The notes below the pieces were generated by a model that saw only the letters and a program-made list of their open reading frames with translations, did not search any database and was not told where the DNA came from. Positions 46,874 through 55,732 of a DNA stretch of 64,000 nt are shown here, piece by piece. Position 1 is the stretch's first letter. Each line of letters begins with the position of its first letter. Made by a program: the position numbers and the translations under genes. The DNA is from a virus, in IMG/VR virus record IMGVR_UViG_3300033418_000001, positions 1-64,000 of that record. One strand, 5' to 3'.

Positions 46874-47578
46874 TCAGTCCCACCAGAGTCGCAGCACGGA
46901 ACCCTTCCACTGGCGCCCCGAGGGGACGAGAGCCTTCGGCCCGCCGCCATGGTACTTGTCCACGTCCTCTTGCGTGAGGAAGCGTTCCCCCGGCTTCACC
47001 ATGTCGATTTCATCGGCGCGCGTGCTGCGCTTGGCGAGCTTGGCGATTTCCTTCAGCGCCCGCTCCGGCCCATGCACGTAGACCACGGGCGACATCTCAC
47101 GCCCCGGGGACACCTTGATTTCGTCGTTCCACTTGGCGAGGAAGTTGGCGACGCGGTTGGTGTTGAAGGCGTTGTACCCGCCCGGGGTCGCCGTGCCCAT
47201 GGTGTTGCGGAAGGCATCGACCGACATCTCCTTCTCGGCCACGAAGCGCAGCTTGTGGGTACGGTACCCGTCGATGATGTCCCGCCGGTCCTTGAACTCG
47301 CGGTACATGCCACGCGGGTCAGTGGCGGGCTTGGGTTGCGCGGCGGCAAGCTGCCCTTCCGTGGACATGCCATTGCGCGGACCCATCTTCGGCGGGGCCG
47401 TGTTGAAGCCGAGGCCATCGTGGGTGTCCCCGGTAGATCGAGCGTGTTCCGCTGCCGGGTTGGCAGCGACCGGGCCTTCGAAGTCGGCAGCAGCGGCAGC
47501 GCCGCCGTTGCTCGTCGTGAAGCGACCATCCGGCCCGTGGTTGTGGTTGTACTTGCGGAGGCGGAAGAAGTAGTTCAT
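46874..47578 (-). CDS. Hypothetical protein with N-terminal KYNHNH..GRF tag
   Basis: RLRKYNHNHGPDGRFTT at residues 6-22. Confidence 0.65.
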   Translation of the reverse strand: MNYFFRLRKYNHNHGPDGRFTTSNGGAAAAADFEGPVAANPAAEHARSTGDTHDGLGFNTAPPKMGPRNGMSTEGQLAAAQPKPATDPRGMYREFKDRRDIIDGYRTHKLRFVAEKEMSVDAFRNTMGTATPGGYNAFNTNRVANFLAKWNDEIKVSPGREMSPVVYVHGPERALKEIAKLAKRSTRADEIDMVKPGERFLTQEDVDKYHGGGPKALVPSGRQWKGSVLRLWWD

Positions 47579-47590
47579 GGTCGCGCCCCC

Positions 47591-48424
47591 TTACCAACCC
47601 ATGGCGCGAAGCTTCTTCGCGTTCTTCTCCTGCGCGGGCGACATCTGCACCTTCTGCCACTTGTCGCCCATCTTGGCGTGCGTGATGTCGTGGGTGTAGA
47701 CCGAACCCATCTCGGTGTAGGTGCCGTAGACGGTGGCGAGGCGGATGTTGCCCTTCTTGTTGTCCTCCATGCGGGCTTCCCACCCGTTGCGGAGCTTGAT
47801 GCGCGTGCCGCGCTTGATGTCGTTGGCGTAGAGCGCCGCCGGGGCTTGGGTGCCCTGCGCGGTCTGCGTGGACGCGGAGTGGCCCTGCGTGCCCGACGTG
47901 AGGCCCGTGCTGCCCGAGGCGTTGTCGCCGTCCGTGGCCTTGTTCTCGCCCGAGCGCGGGCCACCGGCATCACCGATGGCGCCCACGTCGCCGCCCGAGG
48001 GCGTGCCCTTGTTCTCGCCCGAACGGGTGCCCCCGGCGTCCTGCCCCGTGATGGCGGCTGCGGAGGTCAGGGCGTCGTTCTGTTGGGAGACGGCGGGCGT
48101 GCCCGCGTTCTCGCCGCTGCGCGGGCCGGAGACCGAGCCACCGGGCTTCGGGCCACCTGCCGGGATGGCCTTGTTCTCACCGCTGCGCGTACCGCCTGCG
48201 TCCTGCCCGCTGACCGACGTGGCCGGGGCCGGAGCCATCTTCACCGGGTCGGTGCGCGGGTCGCCGCCACGATTGGCCGAGGTGCCTTGGCTCTCGCCGG
48301 AGCGCGGGCCTTGGACCGGGGGCTGCGCGTTCTTGCCCTCGGTGCCTGCGGGCATACCGGAAGCGAAGCGACCATCCTTGCCATGGTTGGGGTTGTACTT
48401 CAGGACTTGCGCGAACTTGGTCAT
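47591..48424 (-). CDS. Low-complexity repeat protein with N-terminal KYNPNH..GRF tag
   Basis: Five G(P/T)RSGE(N/S) repeats and a small C-terminal beta domain; GAGGAG RBS. Confidence 0.7.
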   Translation of the reverse strand: MTKFAQVLKYNPNHGKDGRFASGMPAGTEGKNAQPPVQGPRSGESQGTSANRGGDPRTDPVKMAPAPATSVSGQDAGGTRSGENKAIPAGGPKPGGSVSGPRSGENAGTPAVSQQNDALTSAAAITGQDAGGTRSGENKGTPSGGDVGAIGDAGGPRSGENKATDGDNASGSTGLTSGTQGHSASTQTAQGTQAPAALYANDIKRGTRIKLRNGWEARMEDNKKGNIRLATVYGTYTEMGSVYTHDITHAKMGDKWQKVQMSPAQEKNAKKLRAMGW

Positions 48425-48453
48425 CTTCGTCTCCTCAACTTGGGAACCGCGAG

Positions 48454-48891
48454 TTACTTCAGGGGCTTACCGGCTCGATTCCACCGGTCGTTCAGGTCGT
48501 TCAATTCCTGCTTGTACTTGGCCCCGAGCGCGCGATCCGTCTGCGTCTTCGCCTTCTCGGGGGTCATGTCGATGCGGAACAACTGGTCTTCCAAGGTGCG
48601 CTTGCGATTCTGGTCCGCTTGGTACTCGATCTGAAGCAGCAACGCCTTCTGGGCGTCGTCCTGCTTCTTGGCCTGCGCCACCACCTCACCCTTCACCTGC
48701 TCCACCGCGTCGTTCTTCGCGTACTTGCGGTCGAAGGCTTCGACGGCGCCGAACGCCGAGGTCACCAAGCCCACCGCGATCCCGAAGAACCACACCAACC
48801 CCTTGACGTAGGGGTTGTCCCAGAGCCGTGCAGATGTCTGCAAATCGTCACCCATGGCGGTCATGGTAGCGTGGCCCTTGCCACCGATCAA
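48454..48891 (-). CDS. Single-TM coiled-coil membrane protein (holin-like or unknown)
   Basis: GLVWFFGIAVGLVTSAFGAV hydrophobic helix followed by a coiled coil. Confidence 0.55.
   Translation of the reverse strand: MIGGKGHATMTAMGDDLQTSARLWDNPYVKGLVWFFGIAVGLVTSAFGAVEAFDRKYAKNDAVEQVKGEVVAQAKKQDDAQKALLLQIEYQADQNRKRTLEDQLFRIDMTPEKAKTQTDRALGAKYKQELNDLNDRWNRAGKPLK
48829..48842. repeat. Dispersed palindrome copy 13 (TG type), intragenic
   Basis: Exact match. Confidence 0.9.
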
Positions 48892-50342
48892 TCAGGGTCC
48901 ACCAGTTCAGTCACGTCGTAGCCCTGCTCCCGCAGGAACGCCGCTATCTCGTCGTCAACGCCCGCTGCCACATCCACCTCGGTGATGCCCATCAGGGCCG
49001 CTGCCGCCAACCACTCCGTCAGCACATCCACCCATCGACCCCGACGTGCCCGCAGGGCGCGGATCAGCATCGACTTGCGGTAGTTGGTGAACACGAAGTC
49101 GAGGGCCGTTTGCAGGCGCCCCGCCTTCCTGCCGGTGTAATCGACACTGGCCCGCAGGCGTTCCGCCTCGGTGCGGTTGACGGCCAACGACATCTTCAGG
49201 CCATACGCATCGGAGGAGGCCGTGCCCGCCACCGGGTTGTACGCAACGTCCGCCATCTCCTGCGGCGGCAGGCCGGTGATCAGCGACAGCACCTCAGCCG
49301 GGTGCACCCCGGCCTCCTTGACCCACGTCCGCACCTCTTCCTCGGTGGCCTCGATGCCCAAGGTCTTGAAGGTCTCCACATCCACTTCGGACGGGGAGAA
49401 GTCGCCGGTCACATTCTCGGGGAAGGCGGCTTGGTAGCTTGGCGTGCGCCGGATGTCGGGCACCTCACCCACACGCACCAGTTGGCCACGGCAGTAGGGG
49501 TGGTAGGGCGGGATGTGCCACCCACGGTCCACGATGTCACGGGTGGACATCTCGCGCAGGGCTTCGACGCTCGCCTTGCTCTGCGACGGCCATGGTTGCA
49601 GCGTCTTCAGTTCCTCGGGGTTGTCGGTGCTGAGGGAGCGCAACAGCAAGCTGCGCGCATCGCTCACTTGGAACGTCTTGCCGTGCATCTCCTCGCACAC
49701 CGGACAGATGCGGTTGTCGAGTTGTTCGTTGATGGCGTACTCGGTCACGTCGAGCAGCGACGCCTCCTCGGTGAAGCCGAAGGCCGCGAGGCGCGTGGTG
49801 TGCAGGGCGCTGATCATCTGGATCATGCGCTGCGCCTCGTTGTTCACCGGGTTCTTGAACTCCACGTAGGGCTTGAGCAGCGTGGTGTCCTCGGCCTTGA
49901 ACAGCACGTTGCCTTCGGACTGCGCGAAGTTCGTACTCGGCTGCGACAGGTCGTACTCGCGGATCAGGGTGTACAGCTTGGCCCGCACCTGATCGCCCAC
50001 CGTGTTGACGATGGCGTTGGCGAAGCTTGCCGTGGTGCGCGCGGCGACGGACAGCAGTCGCTTGCTCTGCAATATCTTGGCGTCCTCGGCCTTGCCGCTC
50101 AGGCGCGACGCTCCGTACACCATCGAGGCGAGCGACACGTAGCGCACATAGTCCCGGGTGTGCCGGATGACGGGCGCCAAGTCGAGGTTGTCCACCATGC
50201 GCGTGGCCCCGAGGACATCGTTGCCCTTCAGGCGCAAATAGACAGAGGGCAAGATGTCTTCCGACACCTTGCCCCATGCCGCTGTGATGCGGGAAGAGAG
50301 CGAGGCTTCCAGTGACAGGAACGCCTCAAGTTTGACGCTCAT
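48888..50342 (-). CDS. MuF / SPP1 gp7-like head morphogenesis protein with C-terminal extension
   Basis: D.RICPVC..MHGK.F...PPYHPYCRG; immediately downstream of the portal. Confidence 0.85.
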   Translation of the reverse strand: MSVKLEAFLSLEASLSSRITAAWGKVSEDILPSVYLRLKGNDVLGATRMVDNLDLAPVIRHTRDYVRYVSLASMVYGASRLSGKAEDAKILQSKRLLSVAARTTASFANAIVNTVGDQVRAKLYTLIREYDLSQPSTNFAQSEGNVLFKAEDTTLLKPYVEFKNPVNNEAQRMIQMISALHTTRLAAFGFTEEASLLDVTEYAINEQLDNRICPVCEEMHGKTFQVSDARSLLLRSLSTDNPEELKTLQPWPSQSKASVEALREMSTRDIVDRGWHIPPYHPYCRGQLVRVGEVPDIRRTPSYQAAFPENVTGDFSPSEVDVETFKTLGIEATEEEVRTWVKEAGVHPAEVLSLITGLPPQEMADVAYNPVAGTASSDAYGLKMSLAVNRTEAERLRASVDYTGRKAGRLQTALDFVFTNYRKSMLIRALRARRGRWVDVLTEWLAAAALMGITEVDVAAGVDDEIAAFLREQGYDVTELVDPD

Positions 50343-52633
50343 CAGTGCGAGTGATCCATCAGCCCAACGCAGCACCCCGCGAGTTCAGCGAGACCTTCAG
50401 CATCGAACGACGAACGCGCGAACGTGCTGTTGGCCAACACCGCATCGAACAGCTTGCGCTGCTCCTTGGGCAACGTCTCCACCTTCTGCACGATGGCACG
50501 CCGCAGTTCCTTGTCCATGCGCGGACCATCGCTCAGGCCAACCGCATTGGCCCATTGACCGGCGAGCAGCACGATGTCGTTGGACGTGAGGTCCGACTTC
50601 GTAACGGCTGACGACATCGCGCTGCTGCCCGTGCCCCCCGACGATGGAGTGCCTAGACCGGCAGAGAAGGGGTTCTTCGTCGGATCGCTTCCCTGCGCGT
50701 TGGGATCACCTCCTCCGAATGGCTTACCGGCTTGCGCCTCAGCCAAGGCTTGCTGTTGAGCTTGCGCCGCCGCCTCTGGATCGTAGGTAAGGCTGAGACC
50801 TGTGATCTGGTTGATCGTGTCGATGAGGTCTTCGGGCTTGATCTTGTCAGCCACCATCTCAAGCGACTTCAGTTGCAGGTCCACGTTCTTCAGAGTCGAA
50901 GGCAGTGACTTCAGGATGTACCGCTTTGCCCCGAGGGCACGGACGATGGTGTGGTTGATCTTTTCATCAAACTCCTTTCGTTCAGGGGCGAAGACTTGGG
51001 CCTCGGTCACCATCACCGCAGTGAGAGCCGTGGCGAAGTTGTAGTCGTCCGACTTGCCGAGGAAGATGGACGGGAGGCGGAAGGCGCCCCGCACATGGTT
51101 CTCGCACTTCTCATCGAACACTTGGAACATCGAGTCAGTGCCGTTGGCGCGGTTGTCGCCGAAGCGTTCCACGGTCACCTTCACCTGCCCTGCGCTGTCG
51201 AGCGAACCGGACGAGGACTGCGCCTCAACGACGGCTGCGCGATGCTTGTCCTTCAGATCGCCCCCCAGATACGCGAGGAGTTGATTCTTGACACTCTCGG
51301 CCAGTGCACCACCTTGAATGAAGATGATGGCCGGGGGCAGGCCACCGGCATCGAAGAAGTCCAGATTGAACTCCTCGGCCTTCCGTGACCCAAGGACAGC
51401 GGGGAGGTTGTTGATCCATCGCGGTATCCCGTAAGGTGTGGTGGCATCCTTGTCGCAGATGAAGTGCAACACCTCCGACGCGAGGTTCACCTTCTGCGTC
51501 CCATCGGCGTTGGTCAGGTTGGCGGGCCGCTCTGCGCCCGTGGCACTGGCAGGCCCGGGGGCCACGCCGTTGTCCATCTGCCGCTGCCGTTCCAGATCAC
51601 CCTTCAGCGTGAGCAGGGGCGTGCTGTCCTTGGCCTGCCCATGGGGAGCGCCCGGGTTGGGCAGAGGGAAGCCGGTCTGCCCCGGCGCATCGAGCCAACC
51701 GCCATCCTCGCGGCTCAGGCGACGCTCGCTGCCGAACTCCTTGTAGTAGATGTAGTTCGTGCCCACGCGCTGCACGTAGCGCCGCTCGCGCACCCAGATG
51801 TTGGCCTTGAAGGGCACGCCGTTGCGCTCGATGATCTTCTCCACCATCACCGGGTTGTCGAGCTTCACCAAGCGCATGGTGGAGGCATCGAGGTGGCGCA
51901 GGAAGACGATCTTGCCTTCTAGGTTGCGGATCACCTCAAGGTAGCCGTTGCCGGTCATCTCGATGTCCGCGCGCAGCTTGCGCCGCTGCGACACGAAGGA
52001 CTCGTTGGGGAACGGCTCCTTGAAGAACGCCTTGAGCATCGCCTTCTCGGCGAGGTCGGCAGGCGTCTCGGCGTTGGGGTCAGGCTCGCCCGTGGTAGGG
52101 TCCACTGCCATGGGTTCCTGCGGTTGCAGCGGGAACTCGGACGGCGGGTCCACGCCCAAGGTGGCATGGCGGGTCATGACCTTCGCTGCCGCTGCGGCTG
52201 CGGCCACCACGCCGGGGCCGACTTCCTTGGTCACCTTGACCTTGTTGGCTTGAACTAGGGCCGCTGCCGCCGCCGCACGTACCGTCGGGTCGGCAATGGT
52301 ATTGAAGTCCACCGGGGCGCCCTCCAAGGCCGGATGGGGCTGCGGTAGCTTGTCCTCCTTGTCCTGATCCTCGTCGGCAATCTCGTAGCCCGTGCCATCG
52401 ACGTTGGTCTCCATGGCATGGACGCACTGCATCAGGATGTTGTTGCGCGTGCACAGACGCTTCAGCACCAACGGGTTGAACGGCGGCATCAGCGCCGCGT
52501 TGGTCTTGGTGATTTCGTAGATCGAACTGAACTCGTCCTCCAACTCCAAGGTGTGTTGGATCACCACTTGGGTGTCGGACGCGATCTTGCGTCGGGCGAA
52601 GCTGATGCTTGAGCGGTTCTTGCGGACAGGCAT
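50342..52633 (-). CDS. Portal protein (PBSX/XkdE-like) with Pro/Ala-rich insertions
   Basis: PPFNP..L...GNGYLEVIRN..G...YGIPRW...FFDAGG.P...D..F...AFRLP...G..DYNFATA; AGGAG RBS before ATG 52633. Confidence 0.9.
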   Translation of the reverse strand: MPVRKNRSSISFARRKIASDTQVVIQHTLELEDEFSSIYEITKTNAALMPPFNPLVLKRLCTRNNILMQCVHAMETNVDGTGYEIADEDQDKEDKLPQPHPALEGAPVDFNTIADPTVRAAAAAALVQANKVKVTKEVGPGVVAAAAAAAKVMTRHATLGVDPPSEFPLQPQEPMAVDPTTGEPDPNAETPADLAEKAMLKAFFKEPFPNESFVSQRRKLRADIEMTGNGYLEVIRNLEGKIVFLRHLDASTMRLVKLDNPVMVEKIIERNGVPFKANIWVRERRYVQRVGTNYIYYKEFGSERRLSREDGGWLDAPGQTGFPLPNPGAPHGQAKDSTPLLTLKGDLERQRQMDNGVAPGPASATGAERPANLTNADGTQKVNLASEVLHFICDKDATTPYGIPRWINNLPAVLGSRKAEEFNLDFFDAGGLPPAIIFIQGGALAESVKNQLLAYLGGDLKDKHRAAVVEAQSSSGSLDSAGQVKVTVERFGDNRANGTDSMFQVFDEKCENHVRGAFRLPSIFLGKSDDYNFATALTAVMVTEAQVFAPERKEFDEKINHTIVRALGAKRYILKSLPSTLKNVDLQLKSLEMVADKIKPEDLIDTINQITGLSLTYDPEAAAQAQQQALAEAQAGKPFGGGDPNAQGSDPTKNPFSAGLGTPSSGGTGSSAMSSAVTKSDLTSNDIVLLAGQWANAVGLSDGPRMDKELRRAIVQKVETLPKEQRKLFDAVLANSTFARSSFDAEGLAELAGCCVGLMDHSH

Positions 52634-52702
52634 GGATACTCCTCGATCAGCCTCGGTCACGGACGGGGTAAGGATAGCCTAGTGTGGCGCACCGGACTAC
52701 CG

Positions 52703-52716
52703 TGCAGACATCTGCA
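52703..52716. repeat. Dispersed palindrome copy 14 (CA type), intergenic polA/portal
   Basis: Exact match. Confidence 0.9.
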
Positions 52717-52718
52717 AA

Positions 52719-55073
52719 TCAGCCACACAAAGCCTTGTGCTTCTTCAGCGCCCCGAGGTTGGGGCCAATCTCGGTGTCCACGGTGAAGCGAAGCTGCGGC
52801 GCCCAACCCACCTCATGGAAGGGCAGGTTTTCCATCAATTCCTTGCGCTCCGTGGCGATCTGCTCCCAGTTGTCTTCGGGCACGTAGGACAGGAGTTGAT
52901 CATGCACCATGCCGAACACCGGGGCAATATCGAAGGTCTTCTGCTGCACCATCAGGCCCGTGGCCCACAGCGCCATGTCGGACAGGGTGGCCTGCACCGG
53001 GGAGTTGATCGACCGCCGCAGTTCCTTGGCCACCACCGCCTCTTCCCGGCTGCGGATCATGGGCAGGTGACGAATGCGCCCGAGCGGGGAGCGCACCATG
53101 CCGAACTTCCGCGCCCGGTACTTGTACTCCTTGTGCCACGGGATCAGGCCCGGGTACAGATCGAAGAAGGCATCACGGTTCTCCTCGGCCTCCTCCAAGG
53201 TCATGGCCACACCGTAGTTGCTGATGGCGTAGTTCATGAAGCCGTTGGCCCCCATGCCATAGATCAGGCCGAAGTTGCCCGCCTTGCCGAGGTAGCGAAT
53301 CTCTTCGAACAGGTGGGGGTCGGTCTCGGCCAGTGCGAGGAAGTCATCGAAGTCATACCCGGCGAGTCGTGCCGCCGTCACCGCGTGCAGGTCGATGCCG
53401 TGCATGTACGCAGCGATCATCGTCTCTTCGTTGGCGAGGCACGCCGCGATCTTCAGTTCGCCTTGCGAGTAGTCGTTGGAGAGGATGATGTAGCCGGGGG
53501 GCGCGATCACCGCGCGCCGCAACCGCTTGGCCCACTTGGTGTGCTTCGGGATGGTCTGGATTGCGGGGTCTTTGACCGACAGGCGACCGGTCACTGCGCC
53601 GCCTTCGGTCTCCACCTCGTCCATGCCCGAGAAGAGGAAGTAGTTGGGATGCCACCTGCCGTCCTCACGCAGGTGCGACAGGAAGCCCGTGACGTAGGTG
53701 CCGAGCGTCTTGGTAGCTGAGGTGTACTCGCTCAGGATCGACACCAGTGGCGCCGCCTTCGGGTGATCCTTGAACATCATGAGGTGTTCCATCGAGGTGG
53801 ACGGTGACTTGTCCTTCTCGGTGAACATCTTCGGCTTCAACCCGAGGTAGTTGGGGCTGAACATGAAGTCGATCAGCAGCGCCGCCTTGCCGAGGTTGAG
53901 CGTGCCGTCCTTCTTGGTGTGCTTGGCCACCAGTCTGCCGCCCAACACCTCCTTGGCTTCGCTCGTCAGGCGAGCGATGTCGGTCTCTATCTCGTCGCGC
54001 AACTCGCGGTAGTACGGCACGTCCACGCACCAACCCACGCGCTCCACGCGCTCGTAGGCCCGCGCTGCCGGGTGCAGGATGTTGGTGTAGAAGGTGGTGA
54101 GCTTCTTGTCCTTCAGTAGCTCGTCCTTCATCCGCTCCGAGGCTTGGTAGCAGGCGTCGGTGTCGCCGCCCGAATAGGTCAGGAAGTCGTCATCGGGCAC
54201 AAGGTCCATGCGCCCTTTGTCGTACTTCTGATTGAAGGCATCGTCGTACCCACCGATGTCGCTGAACAGCTTGGCGTGCACCGTGAGCGAGTTCGAACGG
54301 TTCTCATCGAGGATGCTGCCGACGATGGTGGTGTCGAAGTTGTAGTTGGTGCACTCGGTGATGCCCCAGTGCTTCGCAATCCAGTTGAGGTCGTACTTGA
54401 GGTTGGCCCCGCGCAGCTTGACCTTGGGGGAGGTGAGCAACCATTGAATCTGGTGCCACAGCCCCGCAAGACCGTCGCCTATGGTGTCGTTCACCTTCTC
54501 GCACGCACGGGTGCTGCGGAAGCGCACGACATCCGCCGCGCCCTTCTTGTACGTGATCTGAATGGACTCGATGTACGCCCCCAAGGCATAGGGGTCGAGG
54601 CCCAAGGTCTCGGTGTCGAGTGCCACCACGACAGGATGCTTCTGGGCGTTGATCCACGCGACGGCTTCGGTGAAGTCGTTGACGTAGCGGTACTTGCCCA
54701 CGGTGGGCAGGAAGTCGCCCGTGTTGACGAAGCGGCACGCGGCCACCACGTCCGTTTGCAGGTCCACGAACATCGCGTAGTCCACGTCGAGAATCGACGG
54801 TGAGTACGTGATCAATACGTGCCCACCCCCGGGCATGGGGAAGGGGCGATTGCGAAGGGACTTGATCGAGCGGTTCTTGGGGATCACCGCATGTGCAGCG
54901 AGGAGGGCAAGACCTTCGCCCCCCATGCACACCAGAACATCGCCCTCTTTGGTCTCGGGGAGCGTGTCCCCGATTTCGACTACCTCATGGTCCACCCCCG
55001 ACGCCGCTATGAGCGGGCCAAGCTTCTTCTTCAGGTACTCCCATGGTGGTCGGGTCCACAACTTCAACTTCAT
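52719..55073 (-). CDS. polA: Family A DNA polymerase with 3'-5' exonuclease and N-terminal UDG-like remnant
   Basis: Exo motifs DTET, NLKYD, YSGGD; polymerase TGRLS..DPAIQTIP, DYSQGEL, R...K..NFGLIYG, VHDQ. Confidence 0.93.
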   Translation of the reverse strand: MKLKLWTRPPWEYLKKKLGPLIAASGVDHEVVEIGDTLPETKEGDVLVCMGGEGLALLAAHAVIPKNRSIKSLRNRPFPMPGGGHVLITYSPSILDVDYAMFVDLQTDVVAACRFVNTGDFLPTVGKYRYVNDFTEAVAWINAQKHPVVVALDTETLGLDPYALGAYIESIQITYKKGAADVVRFRSTRACEKVNDTIGDGLAGLWHQIQWLLTSPKVKLRGANLKYDLNWIAKHWGITECTNYNFDTTIVGSILDENRSNSLTVHAKLFSDIGGYDDAFNQKYDKGRMDLVPDDDFLTYSGGDTDACYQASERMKDELLKDKKLTTFYTNILHPAARAYERVERVGWCVDVPYYRELRDEIETDIARLTSEAKEVLGGRLVAKHTKKDGTLNLGKAALLIDFMFSPNYLGLKPKMFTEKDKSPSTSMEHLMMFKDHPKAAPLVSILSEYTSATKTLGTYVTGFLSHLREDGRWHPNYFLFSGMDEVETEGGAVTGRLSVKDPAIQTIPKHTKWAKRLRRAVIAPPGYIILSNDYSQGELKIAACLANEETMIAAYMHGIDLHAVTAARLAGYDFDDFLALAETDPHLFEEIRYLGKAGNFGLIYGMGANGFMNYAISNYGVAMTLEEAEENRDAFFDLYPGLIPWHKEYKYRARKFGMVRSPLGRIRHLPMIRSREEAVVAKELRRSINSPVQATLSDMALWATGLMVQQKTFDIAPVFGMVHDQLLSYVPEDNWEQIATERKELMENLPFHEVGWAPQLRFTVDTEIGPNLGALKKHKALCG

Positions 55074-55503
55074 CGAGGCGGCTCCAATGCTTGTTCTTGA
55101 CCTCTCGCATCCACATGCCGCGAACCGAGGGGAGGATGGTGTCGTACAACGCCTTCTGCGACAAGTTGCTGAGGGTGGAGAGGGTGAGGCCGTTGGCCTT
55201 CGGGTCGATCAGGCTGAGGCTCAGTTCCTTCATGGCCTTGTCGTAGCTGACGACGACGCCGAGGTTCAGGCCGGTGATGGAGAACACGATGTAGGCATCG
55301 CCCGTGTGGATGGCCGAGGCTTCCACCTTGCACTTGAGGTCGAGTTCCGCCGAGGGGGCGAAGGGGTAGCCGAACTCGCCGTGGCCCTTGGCCGTGTAGG
55401 GGACATCCTTGCCGTTGCCGACGAGGAACAGCGAGAACTGCACCGCGTCCGCGAGCGGCATCAACATCTGCATCGCATCATACTGTTGCAGGGGCTTTGA
55501 CAT
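54985..55503 (-). CDS. Hypothetical protein
   Basis: Coding-strand ORF; its 3' end overlaps the polA start. Confidence 0.5.
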   Translation of the reverse strand: MSKPLQQYDAMQMLMPLADAVQFSLFLVGNGKDVPYTAKGHGEFGYPFAPSAELDLKCKVEASAIHTGDAYIVFSITGLNLGVVVSYDKAMKELSLSLIDPKANGLTLSTLSNLSQKALYDTILPSVRGMWMREVKNKHWSRLDEVEVVDPTTMGVPEEEAWPAHSGVGGGP

Positions 55504-55732
55504 GCAGGCTCACTCCCTTGTTCATGAAGGACAGCACGAACTCGCCGAGGTCGATGCCGAGGTACCGGGCCGACAGCACCGCGCCGATGGCCTTCTTCTC
55601 CTTCTTGGTGCTGACGACGGTCCACTTCACCTTCTTGTCCGAGAGGCCGAGGAAGATGCCCTCCGTGCAGAAGGTGTCGCCGACTTGGAGAGCTTGCGCC
55701 TCCGCTTGCGTGAGGGGCAGGGCGATCTTCAT
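55478..55732 (-). CDS. Hypothetical protein
   Basis: ATGA-coupled to the upstream gene. Confidence 0.5.
   Translation of the reverse strand: MKIALPLTQAEAQALQVGDTFCTEGIFLGLSDKKVKWTVVSTKKEKKAIGAVLSARYLGIDLGEFVLSFMNKGVSLHVKAPATV

Noticed and set aside
47636-47649. Near-copy GGGCGACATCTGCA
   Set aside because: Three mismatches in one arm; not counted as a site.
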